Below, piece after piece: positions 30,488 through 39,541 of a stretch of 41,682 nucleotides of DNA. Position numbers and translations under genes: made by a program. The DNA lies in the IMG/VR virus record IMGVR_UViG_3300032327_000851, positions 1 to 41,682 of that record, one strand, 5' to 3'. Each line of letters opens with the position of its first letter. Position 1 is the first letter of the stretch. This DNA comes from a virus. Lineage: Duplodnaviria; Caudoviricetes. The notes under the pieces were generated by a model. The model did not search any database. It was not told the origin of the DNA and worked only from the letters and a program-made list of their open reading frames with translations.

Positions 30488-30883
30488 TTATACCACCGTA
30501 TATGAAATAAACTTTTGATTGCTCTTTGCGTTAGCAATCTTAGTTTCTGGGTTGGTATTATCCATATATACCTGAGCACTTTCACTATTAGTTCTGCGAA
30601 GTGAAGATAGACTAGAAGAAGCAACTCTTGATGGAGACTTTCCGGCAAGAGCAAAATACTCATCTGATGATCCAGATAGAATGGTATCAGTCTTTTGTGT
30701 AGCGAATGCCTCTACACTATCGAATGATGCTCCAATATTGAATAGTGATTGTGCAGTTGTCTTAGCAATTAGCTGTGCATTACGTGCACCACCAGAGATA
30801 GCAGTGGTTGTGGCATTATCCACGATACGATTTACAATAGTTTTTGCATTACTCTTGACAAAATTGCTTACATTAAAAGCCAC
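30488..30883 (-). CDS. Hypothetical protein, first gene of the baseplate operon
   Basis: GTG start with AAGGA RBS, downstream of TATAAATA. Confidence 0.7.
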   Translation of the reverse strand: MAFNVSNFVKSNAKTIVNRIVDNATTTAISGGARNAQLIAKTTAQSLFNIGASFDSVEAFATQKTDTILSGSSDEYFALAGKSPSRVASSSLSSLRRTNSESAQVYMDNTNPETKIANAKSNQKFISYTVV

Positions 30884-30905
30884 TGTATGTTCCTTAAAAA
30901 TGTTT

Positions 30906-30913
30906 GATAAATA
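30906..30913 (+). promoter_or_regulatory. Late promoter variant GATAAATA for the gp4 operon
   Basis: NATAAATA on the plus strand in the divergent gap. Confidence 0.45.
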
Positions 30914-30924
30914 TTCCTATGATG

Positions 30925-30932
30925 TATTTATA
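30925..30932 (-). promoter_or_regulatory. T4-type late promoter TATAAATA for the baseplate operon
   Basis: Exact consensus in the divergent intergenic region. Confidence 0.75.
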
Positions 30933-30971
30933 CGACTTTTTTAGAAGTCAAACAAATAAAATGGAAAATAT

Positions 30972-31412
30972 ATGGCATATAAAGGACCGTTTCAACCAAA
31001 GAATCCGCATAAATATAAAGGCGATCCCACCAAGATTATTTACCGTTCTCGCTGGGAATTAATGGTGATGCAGAGGCTTGATAGCCACCCTGATGTAATA
31101 CAATGGTCTTCTGAAGAAGTTATTATACCATATATTAGTCCTATAGATAATAGATATCATAGATACTTTATGGACTTTTATATGAAGCGTAGAAATAGAG
31201 AAGGTAAGATTGAAGAGATTTTGATTGAAGTAAAGCCATTTGCACAGACCAAACCACCTACTGTTCAGAATAAACCAACAAAGCGTTATATTACTGAAGT
31301 ACAAACATGGGGTGTTAATTCTGCTAAATGGACAGCAGCACAAGAATACTGTAAAGATCGTGGATGGAAATTCCAGATCATAACCGAAAAAGAATTAGGA
31401 TTGACCTTTTAA
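30972..31412 (+). CDS. gp4: Head completion nuclease gp4 (TnsA-like)
   Basis: YKG.F.PKNP.KYKGDP..I.YRS.WE, WSSEE..IPY, EVKP..QT.PP and VN.AKW motifs. Confidence 0.95.
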   Translation: MAYKGPFQPKNPHKYKGDPTKIIYRSRWELMVMQRLDSHPDVIQWSSEEVIIPYISPIDNRYHRYFMDFYMKRRNREGKIEEILIEVKPFAQTKPPTVQNKPTKRYITEVQTWGVNSAKWTAAQEYCKDRGWKFQIITEKELGLTF

Positions 31413-32014
31413 TGGCAAATATATTCGATAACATACTAGACGATGGTGTAAGACGTGGGATCATTCCTGCGAAGACTGAAGCTGCTCGTAAATGGTATAG
31501 AGATGCTTCTATGCAATACACTCGCTTTCGTGGCGAGAGAGGACTTATGCGCTCTAATACCAATCGTCTGACTAAGCGTATCAGACCCGGAAATATGTAT
31601 ATGTATTTCTATGATGCTAAGACTAAAGATGATCTACCATATTGGGATATGTTTCCAATGGTATTTCCATTTCGTGTTTTGCCTGATAGGTTCTGGGGTA
31701 TCAATCTCCATTATCTTCCATTGCCATATCGTGCCAAACTAATGGATGCTTTGTATCAGACTAGAACCAATAGTCGATATGATGAAACAACCAAACTACG
31801 TATCAGCTATCAAATTCTATCAAGCGCATCAAAGTATAGATATTTTGAGCCATGTGTCAAGCAATATCTCTTTACACAGATGAAATCACAGTTCTTTTAT
31901 ATTCAGCCTGAAGAATGGGATGTTGCTCTATTCCTGCCACTAGAAAGATTCCAGAAGAAGTCAAAAACTCAGGTATTTGCGGAATCAAGAAAACAGATTG
32001 CTGGGAGCAAGTAA
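31412..32014 (+). CDS. gp2: DNA end protector gp2
   Basis: YDAKTKD.LPYWD.FP, GINLHYLP, PCVK.YL and W..A.FLP...F motifs; start reassigned to ATG 31412 (TAATG overlap). Confidence 0.93.
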   Translation: MANIFDNILDDGVRRGIIPAKTEAARKWYRDASMQYTRFRGERGLMRSNTNRLTKRIRPGNMYMYFYDAKTKDDLPYWDMFPMVFPFRVLPDRFWGINLHYLPLPYRAKLMDALYQTRTNSRYDETTKLRISYQILSSASKYRYFEPCVKQYLFTQMKSQFFYIQPEEWDVALFLPLERFQKKSKTQVFAESRKQIAGSK

Positions 32015-32670
32015 TGGCATTTGATATTAAACAATTTAGATCAGAGATTAATACTAATGGTATTTTGCTTCCTACTAAGTTTATTGTGCAATTTCAAAAT
32101 TTACCAAAAAAACTTAAAGAATCGCACCCATCCTATGAAAAAATGTCACTTCGCTGTGAACAAATTTTGTGGCCGGGTGTGTCATTCTCTACAATGGATT
32201 CGCCAGCAAGAGCAGGGTATGGTGCTACTGAACTTATACCATTTGCTCCTATGTTTGAAGAGATATCAATGACTTTTATTGTTGATGAACATGCTAAGGT
32301 ACATAAATTTTTCTTTGATTGGATGAACTCTATTATTAATATTGATAGTAAAGGACAAACAAATTTTAAAGGGGGTGATAATAGAAGACCAGCATATGAA
32401 GTTGGATATAAAAATGATTATGTCTGCGATATAAATATCAGTATATTCAGAGAAAGTGGGACAGATGAAGCTTCTAGTCCTATGAATATTACTCTTTATA
32501 GAGCATTTCCAAGAATTTTAACCGGCTATCAATTAGATTGGAGTTATAGCGATCAATTATTAAAATTGCCTGTAATATTCACATATACAGATTATTTTGT
32601 TCAATACCCAGAACACACTGAAAAACCACATGATGCGCCATCACACGACAAGAAAACTAACAGCCACTAA
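32014..32670 (+). CDS. gp54: Tail tube initiator gp54-like (gp19 fold)
   Basis: LRCE....PG, MTF..D......FF..W...I, Y..DY and L..AFP......L.......L.V.F.Y motifs; start reassigned to ATG 32014. Confidence 0.75.
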   Translation: MAFDIKQFRSEINTNGILLPTKFIVQFQNLPKKLKESHPSYEKMSLRCEQILWPGVSFSTMDSPARAGYGATELIPFAPMFEEISMTFIVDEHAKVHKFFFDWMNSIINIDSKGQTNFKGGDNRRPAYEVGYKNDYVCDINISIFRESGTDEASSPMNITLYRAFPRILTGYQLDWSYSDQLLKLPVIFTYTDYFVQYPEHTEKPHDAPSHDKKTNSH

Positions 32671-32690
32671 CAATTAAAGTGAGAAATATT

Positions 32691-33398
32691 ATGCCATTAC
32701 CTAAAATAGAAAAACCACTATTTGATCTATATGTACCATCAATGAACAAGTCTGTTAAGGCTCGTCCTTTTGTTGTACGTGAAGAAAAAATTCTTTTAAC
32801 TGCACAACAAGCTGGTGGTGAAAAAGATATTATCCTTGCTATCAAACAAGTGCTTACCAACTGCATTGTTGATGAGTTTGATGTTGACACCCTAGCAACA
32901 TTCGACCTAGAATACATGTTCCTTAAGCTACGTGCACGTTCTGTCAATAATGTGATTGAGGTGTCTTATCGTGATAATGAAGACGATAAAGTATATGATT
33001 TCCAAATTGATTTGGATGATGTAGAACTTAAAGTCAACAATAATGTTTCAAATATTATCAAGATTACTGACACTATCGGCATCAAGATGAAGTATCCATC
33101 AGTTACTATTCTTGATAATGTACCAGATACTGATAACACCAGTGATGTGGTAGACTATCTCATCAAGAGTTGTGTTGATCAGATTTTTGATGAAGACAGT
33201 GTATACCCTGTTGGTGATCATACTGATGATGAACTAAATGAGTTTCTTGACAGCATCGATATTGAAGCATTCAATAAAATTCGTGATTTCTTTGAAGACC
33301 TTCCACAGATGTATCATAAGCTTGAATATACGAATGCCAATGGAAATGTTCGTACAATCGAACTTACTACGCTAAGTGATTTTTTTATCTGGGGCTGA
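32691..33398 (+). CDS. gp26: Baseplate hub assembly chaperone gp26
   Basis: MPLPKI..P, RPF.V.EEKILL.A, FDLEY.FL.LRA.SV and M.YP motifs; ends L.DFF. Confidence 0.9.
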   Translation: MPLPKIEKPLFDLYVPSMNKSVKARPFVVREEKILLTAQQAGGEKDIILAIKQVLTNCIVDEFDVDTLATFDLEYMFLKLRARSVNNVIEVSYRDNEDDKVYDFQIDLDDVELKVNNNVSNIIKITDTIGIKMKYPSVTILDNVPDTDNTSDVVDYLIKSCVDQIFDEDSVYPVGDHTDDELNEFLDSIDIEAFNKIRDFFEDLPQMYHKLEYTNANGNVRTIELTTLSDFFIWG

Positions 33399-33565
33399 GC
33401 CACAATACTTTGGTGAACTATTATACAACTACGTTCGCTATGGTTCAGCACCACAAATATTCTATCACTGAAGTTGAAGACTTGATCCCATATGAACGAG
33501 ATTTATATGTGGATATGTTATTGATGCACCTTGAAAAAGAAAAAGAAGAAATGAAAAAAGGATAA
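33380..33565 (+). CDS. gp51: gp51-like ORF in the -1 frame relative to gp26 (absent from the ORF track)
   Basis: Hand-translated FFYLGLSHNTLVNYYTTTFAMVQHHKYSITEVEDLIPYERDLYVDMLLMHLEKEKEEMKKG*; start uncertain (frameshift entry, or TTG 33410, GTG 33413, ATG 33440). Confidence 0.85.
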   Translation, partial: FFYLGLSHNTLVNYYTTTFAMVQHHKYSITEVEDLIPYERDLYVDMLLMHLEKEKEEMKKG

Positions 33566-33571
33566 TAGCCC

Positions 33572-35557
33572 TTGGCTGATAAATCTGGCCCTAAAAAACC
33601 TAGAAAACCCAAAAAACTAAACCGTGGCAGTGATGAATATAAACAAAAGCTTGCGGAAAGAAAAGAAAGGTATAAGGGTTATCTACAAGATAAAGAAAAG
33701 AAAAGAGTACGCTACGCCCTGAGACAAGGGTTTGGTGAAAGTATTCTTGGTGCGTATGGTTTTGGTGAAGAACATTTTAAAAAAGGTGGTTTTGTAAAAG
33801 GTAAACTAGGTTTGTTTGCTGATGCAATGAATCAACCCCCAAGAAGTTCTTCTCCTTCTGGTGGTGATTCATCAGGTGCTTCTGCTTCTTCTAAAATGGA
33901 AACTCCAGAAACCGAAAAACAAAAACAAAATCCTAACATATCAACAATTGTCGATCAATTAAATTCTTTGATTAAGGTAGCCACTAAAATTGGCGCAATT
34001 ACCGAAGAACAGAAAGAACAATTACAAAATCAAATATCTCAGGCTTCACGTGACTCAAAAGAAGCCTCTATGGAAAGAGAAACTACTCCTATTTCTAATG
34101 TTGGTGGTGCTAACTTAACACCATTAAATGAAGAAATTAGCACTCTAATAGAAAAATCATTAAAACCACTTAAAAAAGTGATGGATGACAAACTTAAAGA
34201 GCAAGAAGAAAAAGAAGAGGGTCCACAAAGTTTTGCTCAAATACTTGCTGAAAGTTATGGTTTTGGTGATGAGTATAAAGATTATGCTAAGCGTAAGGCT
34301 GCTAAAGCAAGTAGAGTAAAAGTAAAATCCGGTTATCTTAATAAACTAGATAAGTCCGGTAAAATGCGTTATTATGGTCCAAAAGACCCTATTACCGGGA
34401 TGAGAAAGCGTGTAAAAGCGGCTGAAGCTATTCAAGCAGCAAAACCATCAACTCTTGCAAAACTTACTGGCGCTGCAAAAAATGCTGGTGCTGGTTTATT
34501 TAATATGGCCAAAAAGGCAACTGGTAAAGTTGGCAGTATAGCATCAAAGGTTGGTGGAGCTAAGATTACATCAAAGGTTGGCTCTGTTACAAAAAACATT
34601 TCTTCTTTGATTGGAAAAGGTGTAAAGGGAGCTAAGATTTCTGCCAGTGCTGCTAAAAATGTTGGTGCAGCTACTATCAAACGTATTGCTGGTCCGATTA
34701 TTAAAAAAGCACTAGGCTCTACTGTATTAAAGTCAATTCCAATTATTGGCGCTGCTGCTGGTGGAATATTTGCCGCAAAGAAACTATTAGAAGGTGATCC
34801 TGTTGGCGCTGGTTTAGAAGCCGCTTCTGGTCTTGGTGGTCCATTGACTGCTATTCCTGCATTAGCAGCTTCTGTTGCACGTGACACATACTCTTCTGTC
34901 TTTAATGTTCAGCCAGAGCAAGACCCAATGTTTGGTAAAAGAATGGCGATGATCACTGGCATAATTGGTGCTATGATAACTGCATACTTTGCATCAAACA
35001 TAGAAAAAAAGCCAACACCAACAAAAGATGCTGTTGATAAAGCTGTCATTCCACCAAATCCAGCACAACCAATAAAAGGTGAAACACCAACAGGACAACC
35101 CAAAGTTCCTCCTGCACCGGCATCAAGTGCGTCTCCAGCACCGGCACCAACGCCGTCTCCAGCACCGGCATCAAGTGCGTCTCCTATGTCTTCCAGTGGT
35201 TCTAAAACGAGTAAAGGCGGAAGTAAAAAAGCAAGTTCTACTGGTTCATCAGATGAGTTTAAAAAATCATTTACTCCTGAATTTATGAAGAGTATTGATG
35301 GAAAACCTTCTATGGTTAATAGCACTCCTACTACTGGTGCTGATATTGATAAAATGACGGCTGAAGTTGAAAAATCTCAAAATAACCCAAATGTTATTGA
35401 TCTTAGAAGTAAGCGACCATTACCATCAACTTCTCCACCGTCGAGAAGTGGGGCATCTGGTGCTGGTAATGTTCCTGATCCAAACTATTATGGAATGGGC
35501 GGGGTTTATTATGATGTATACTTCAATTCCAATCCTAGTTCAGTGGGGTATGCATGA
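33572..35557 (+). CDS. Tape-measure-like / baseplate hub protein (gp29 position)
   Basis: Follows gp26/gp51; coiled-coil, Lys/Ala/Gly-rich and hydrophobic segments (KSIPIIGAAAGGIFA...GD.VGAGLE); TTG start. Confidence 0.6.
   Translation: MADKSGPKKPRKPKKLNRGSDEYKQKLAERKERYKGYLQDKEKKRVRYALRQGFGESILGAYGFGEEHFKKGGFVKGKLGLFADAMNQPPRSSSPSGGDSSGASASSKMETPETEKQKQNPNISTIVDQLNSLIKVATKIGAITEEQKEQLQNQISQASRDSKEASMERETTPISNVGGANLTPLNEEISTLIEKSLKPLKKVMDDKLKEQEEKEEGPQSFAQILAESYGFGDEYKDYAKRKAAKASRVKVKSGYLNKLDKSGKMRYYGPKDPITGMRKRVKAAEAIQAAKPSTLAKLTGAAKNAGAGLFNMAKKATGKVGSIASKVGGAKITSKVGSVTKNISSLIGKGVKGAKISASAAKNVGAATIKRIAGPIIKKALGSTVLKSIPIIGAAAGGIFAAKKLLEGDPVGAGLEAASGLGGPLTAIPALAASVARDTYSSVFNVQPEQDPMFGKRMAMITGIIGAMITAYFASNIEKKPTPTKDAVDKAVIPPNPAQPIKGETPTGQPKVPPAPASSASPAPAPTPSPAPASSASPMSSSGSKTSKGGSKKASSTGSSDEFKKSFTPEFMKSIDGKPSMVNSTPTTGADIDKMTAEVEKSQNNPNVIDLRSKRPLPSTSPPSRSGASGAGNVPDPNYYGMGGVYYDVYFNSNPSSVGYA
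35114..35185 (+). repeat. 3 x 24-bp coding tandem repeat (Pro/Ala/Ser linker)
   Basis: gcaccggcatcaagtgcgtctcca / gcaccggcaccaacgccgtctcca / gcaccggcatcaagtgcgtctcct. Confidence 0.9.
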
Positions 35558-37644
35558 TAAAAGCATTAGAAAATTCTAATCAAGATGATCTAAACAAAAT
35601 GGCTAAAAAAGCCAGTGTTGTTCGCATGTCTAATAACAATAAAGAAGATTCACAACAGTACACATTAACCAAAAAAACAACCGCTACAATTTCAAACGAT
35701 TTTGTGTCTCTTCAAAATGCTTTTAATAAAATATTAACAAACACTACCAACGTCAAAGAATTACAAAACACCCAAACAAAAAACGATCAAGCTCAAAAAA
35801 ATATTGAAAACATTACTGCTCCTGTACAAATTATTGGTGCTGAACAGTTAGGTGGAAACATTAAACTTTTGGGTAAGTATTTTGAAGGATTGACTGAGTT
35901 ACTAAAAAAACTTGATCTTACTACTGAAAAGCCAGAGGAAGAAGATTCTGAAGGCGATGAAACAGATGTTGATAAAAAGAAAAAAGGCAAAAAAAGTAAA
36001 AAAGGCAAACAGCGTAAAAGAGGTAAAAAGGGTAAAGCCAAAAAACCTAGATCAACAAAAAAAGCAAAATCAAAAGGTCTTGGAATTGGTGGTAAAGCTC
36101 TTGGTATCTTTGCTGCTGGTATGGACATGTTTGATAGACTTGGTGATGGTGAATCTGTCACAGAGGCTGGTGTAGGCGTTGCAGGGAGCGTTGCAGGAGG
36201 AATTGCTGGTGCAGAGGCTGGTGCTGCTCTTGGCGCTCTAGGTGGCATTGCAGCGCCTCTCACGGTACCATTAGGTGGTCTTGTTGGTGGTGCCATTGGT
36301 TACTTTACTGGTGGAAAGATTGCAGATACCGCATATGATGCTGTTGCAAAGGAATCTCCTGCCGATAAAAATCTTGAAAGGGCTGCTGCTAAAGTATCTG
36401 TAGCTCCTGCTACACGTGCACCATCTGATATCAGTAACAATAGTTATTCAAGTCGTTTCGCTACATATCTTAATGATACATTCAACAACGTAAAAAATTA
36501 TATTACAGGAATTTCTGCTACTTCAATTAATCCCAATGGTAGTGGAGATGAAGATTTTTATGTGGGTGATGGTGCTGGATCGACTGAAAACGCACAAATT
36601 GCCATGGATTTCTTTATTTCTAAAGGATGGACAAAAGAACAGGCTGCTGGCCTTGTGGGCAATTTACAACAAGAATCTGGTGCAAATATCAATCCAAATG
36701 CAAAAAATAGTATTGGTATGTATGGCATTGCTCAATGGGATAGAAATAGAAGAGCAAAATTCCAAGAAATTTATAAAAAGCCGATATATGGATCATCTCT
36801 TCAGGATCAGCTAAACTTTATTGATTGGGAACTTCATAATACTCATAAAAAAGCAAGTCAAAAACTAAAACAATCAACTACTGCTCAACAAGCTTCGGCT
36901 GCTGTAGTTAAATGGTATGAAGGCGCAGAAGGACAAGATGATGCTAAAAGAATGGCTAATGCTGTTGCTTTGATGACATCACAGGCCTCTATTGTTGATT
37001 CTAGTGAACTAACAGGTGGACAAATGATTAATCCACTTCCCGGTTCTAGAATTAGCAGCGGATTTGGTAGACGAAATTCTCCAAAAAAAGGGGCATCTTC
37101 AAACCATGAAGGTATTGATATGGCTGGAAAACCAATCGGTACTCCTGTATTAGCCGCTCAGTCTGGTACAGTAGTAAGGGCTGGAAACGCTGGTGGATAT
37201 GGTACACTTGTTGAAATTAATCATGGAAATGGACTTTCAACAATGTATGGTCATATGTCTACTCTTCTTGTTAAAACAGGTCAAACTGTTCAAGTTGGCC
37301 AACAAATCGGTAAAGTGGGTAACGAAGGAATATCAACAGCACCACATCTACATTTTGAGGTTTTAAAAGAAGGCCAACCTACCAATCCATTAGAATACAT
37401 TTCTGGACCAAAACAACAAAATGCACAAAAAATATTTAATAATTTTCAGCAATCAGATTTGAATTATTATGATAAGCTTAAAAAACCAAGAAGAAAAAAA
37501 GGTGATGGTAGTATATTGATTGTAGCACCTTCTGCACAACAACCTCAAGTTCCATATCAATCATATTTTGGTACACCAACACCAAGACCAAGACAAGAAA
37601 ATATAGACCCTAGAAGTAATTATATAGCATATCACAATCAGTAA
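35554..37644 (+). CDS. Tail-associated peptidoglycan hydrolase: phage tail lysozyme domain plus M23 peptidase
   Basis: AAGLVGNLQQESG..NP.A....YGIAQW...R (lysozyme); HEGID, YGHM and STAPHLHFEV (M23 HxxxD and HxH). Confidence 0.9.
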   Translation: MIKALENSNQDDLNKMAKKASVVRMSNNNKEDSQQYTLTKKTTATISNDFVSLQNAFNKILTNTTNVKELQNTQTKNDQAQKNIENITAPVQIIGAEQLGGNIKLLGKYFEGLTELLKKLDLTTEKPEEEDSEGDETDVDKKKKGKKSKKGKQRKRGKKGKAKKPRSTKKAKSKGLGIGGKALGIFAAGMDMFDRLGDGESVTEAGVGVAGSVAGGIAGAEAGAALGALGGIAAPLTVPLGGLVGGAIGYFTGGKIADTAYDAVAKESPADKNLERAAAKVSVAPATRAPSDISNNSYSSRFATYLNDTFNNVKNYITGISATSINPNGSGDEDFYVGDGAGSTENAQIAMDFFISKGWTKEQAAGLVGNLQQESGANINPNAKNSIGMYGIAQWDRNRRAKFQEIYKKPIYGSSLQDQLNFIDWELHNTHKKASQKLKQSTTAQQASAAVVKWYEGAEGQDDAKRMANAVALMTSQASIVDSSELTGGQMINPLPGSRISSGFGRRNSPKKGASSNHEGIDMAGKPIGTPVLAAQSGTVVRAGNAGGYGTLVEINHGNGLSTMYGHMSTLLVKTGQTVQVGQQIGKVGNEGISTAPHLHFEVLKEGQPTNPLEYISGPKQQNAQKIFNNFQQSDLNYYDKLKKPRRKKGDGSILIVAPSAQQPQVPYQSYFGTPTPRPRQENIDPRSNYIAYHNQ

Positions 37645-37670
37645 AAAAGAGGGGGGATTTCTCCCCCCTC
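37643..37670 (-). terminator. Rho-independent terminator after gp32, between convergent genes
   Basis: GAGGGGGGA-GAAA-TCCCCCCTC followed by TTTTTT on the minus strand. Confidence 0.9.
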
Positions 37671-37676
37671 AGTTAA

Positions 37677-38591
37677 TCAATCATCATCGTCATTCATGCT
37701 ATTGAAGAATGCAAGATCATCATCATCGTCATCAGTTGCAGCAGCAAAGTTTGGTGCTGGCTTTGACTTGAATGAAGGTTCTGCCTTCTTTGGGGCTTCA
37801 ACCTCTTCAGAAGTATTCTTCTTAGGGGCAGTAACACCATTTAGGCTAAGAACAAGGTTCAAGCGATCCTGAAGCTGTTCATAGGACTTGAACTTGTCTG
37901 GTGTGACCAAATCCTTAAGCGAGTATTCACTATCGTAAATCTCCTTGAGCTTCTTATCATCATCATATAGTGGTGATGGCTTATCAAACTCTGAAAGATC
38001 ATAGTTTGTGTTACCATCAACTTGGCGAATGCGAAGCTTGAAGTTAGCACCTGTCCATAGATCGAATGGATTGAATGGTTCCATATCTGGGAATGGAGGG
38101 AACATAGCATTCTTCAACTTGTCAAAGATTCTTGAACCATAGCGGAAGAGAAAGACCTTGCCTTCATTCTCAGGGTTGGCAGGATCACTTACAACATAGA
38201 TGTTTGAGTGATAATTAAGCTGGCGCTTCTGCTCACGTGCCTGTGTGCGCTCTGGTCCCTTATCATTCTCTGAAGAATTCCATAGAATGGTATTGTAATC
38301 AGAACAAGGATCGGGTAGCTTAATTGTTGATAGACAGTTTTCGATATACCACTGTCCGGTTGGTCCCTTGAACCCATGGGTGAAGATACGTGCCCAAGGA
38401 TCAGCCTCATCTCCGTCTGCTTCAGGGCTTGGTAGGAAGCGAATGACAGCATAGCCATTCTTGGCCTTATCGGTGGCACAGGACCAGTAGCGTTCGTCCT
38501 TGTAGCTAGCCTTTGAATTGAGCTTATTGACTTGCTCAGATAGCTTGTTTAGTGATTCTTGTGATGAACGCTTTAGATTTGCAAATGACAT
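37677..38591 (-). CDS. gp32: Single-stranded DNA-binding protein gp32
   Basis: MSFANLK, NGYAVIRFLP, HGFKGP.GQWYIENCL.T, PFDLW.GANFKL and NYD.SEF motifs; acidic tail. Confidence 0.97.
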   Translation of the reverse strand: MSFANLKRSSQESLNKLSEQVNKLNSKASYKDERYWSCATDKAKNGYAVIRFLPSPEADGDEADPWARIFTHGFKGPTGQWYIENCLSTIKLPDPCSDYNTILWNSSENDKGPERTQAREQKRQLNYHSNIYVVSDPANPENEGKVFLFRYGSRIFDKLKNAMFPPFPDMEPFNPFDLWTGANFKLRIRQVDGNTNYDLSEFDKPSPLYDDDKKLKEIYDSEYSLKDLVTPDKFKSYEQLQDRLNLVLSLNGVTAPKKNTSEEVEAPKKAEPSFKSKPAPNFAAATDDDDDDLAFFNSMNDDDD

Positions 38592-38666
38592 ATATTTTCT
38601 CCGTATGTTTGCTTGTTTGTTTAACGTATTTTTCGTATTTTAAGTTTGACAGATATCTGTCATTTT

Positions 38667-38674
38667 TATTTATA
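38667..38674 (-). promoter_or_regulatory. Late promoter TATAAATA upstream of gp32
   Basis: Exact consensus, flanked by inverted repeats at 38647-38662 and 38675-38703. Confidence 0.7.
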
Positions 38675-38703
38675 CTTTTTTTACACAAATCATGTAAAAA
38701 AAG

Positions 38704-39279
38704 TTACTGTTCAGCAAGTATATCTTTGATGATCTTTTTCATCTTAGGCTTATCATATTTGATAAACTCGCTGTATTTCAGACATTTGTCTCTGGTTGTT
38801 GGCCATATGATGGTGTCTGAAATCTTCTTATCCCAATAAGGGAAGAAGTTCATTATGTCGTTGAGAATAGTCAGTGTTTCTACACTGATGCTCCCACGAC
38901 GAAATTGCTTTAAAAGGATTGGATGTTGTCCGTTATTGACAACAAAGTAGCCTTTGAAATCTTCAGAGATTTGGACTAGCTCATTTTGAAAGTTATATGT
39001 CAGCGATTGCACTCGGCGCTGCCACTTGACATATCTTTCTTGTGATTCGTCATTGAACAAATCACGTACCCATATATCACTTTCCAGCGAATTTGCAATA
39101 AGAAAGTTGAGTAAGTCTGGTTGTTTTGCCAGCTTTTCGAAAAAATATCTATCTTTTCTTCTATTGAAAGAGGCTTCGTCCGCTCTTACTTTACCATTAT
39201 ATCTTACATAACTATAATTAGATTTGGCGAAGTGCCACTTAATCCCCAAGTACATCTTATAAGCTTCAAAACCAGTCAT
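38704..39279 (-). CDS. gp59: Helicase loader gp59
   Basis: YK.YL.IK.HF...Y....Y.G, F..RKD.YFFEKLA and HP..LK......IS.ET..IL motifs; upstream of gp32 as in T4. Confidence 0.92.
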   Translation of the reverse strand: MTGFEAYKMYLGIKWHFAKSNYSYVRYNGKVRADEASFNRRKDRYFFEKLAKQPDLLNFLIANSLESDIWVRDLFNDESQERYVKWQRRVQSLTYNFQNELVQISEDFKGYFVVNNGQHPILLKQFRRGSISVETLTILNDIMNFFPYWDKKISDTIIWPTTRDKCLKYSEFIKYDKPKMKKIIKDILAEQ

Positions 39280-39295
39280 AATATAATCCTATTAG

Positions 39296-39538
39296 TTAAA
39301 TAGGAAGCTTAGCAGACCTTGGTAGAAAATGAAGCTCTTCGCCCTCCATTTGTAATGATGACTTCATTCTATAGTTACCAGTGATCATTGCAGCAGCAGT
39401 CTCTATCTCAATCTCATTTTTTTCGCAAAAAAACACTACTGCATCAATATATTTCATATTGTGCCTTTTTACTAAAATGTTAATTTCTTTATAGAACTTG
39501 TTTGCATTAATGGCTTTGGCTAACTTTATTTCACTCAT
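39296..39538 (-). CDS. gp33: Late transcription coactivator gp33
   Basis: F..EI..LV......YIDA...FCE.N.IE.E and L.FLP...KLPI motifs; gp33-gp59-gp32 order. Confidence 0.88.
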   Translation of the reverse strand: MSEIKLAKAINANKFYKEINILVKRHNMKYIDAVVFFCEKNEIEIETAAAMITGNYRMKSSLQMEGEELHFLPRSAKLPI

Positions 39539-39541
39539 CAA

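Noticed and set aside
30484-30663. 60-aa N-terminal extension of gp48 in the ORF track, and similar extensions starting at 7687, 31364 and 31915
   Set aside because: They overlap neighbouring real genes; downstream ATGs abut the upstream stop codons
34432-36296. Minus-strand ORFs of 138-167 aa opposite the tape-measure-like genes
   Set aside because: Antisense shadows of Gly/Ala/Lys-rich codons
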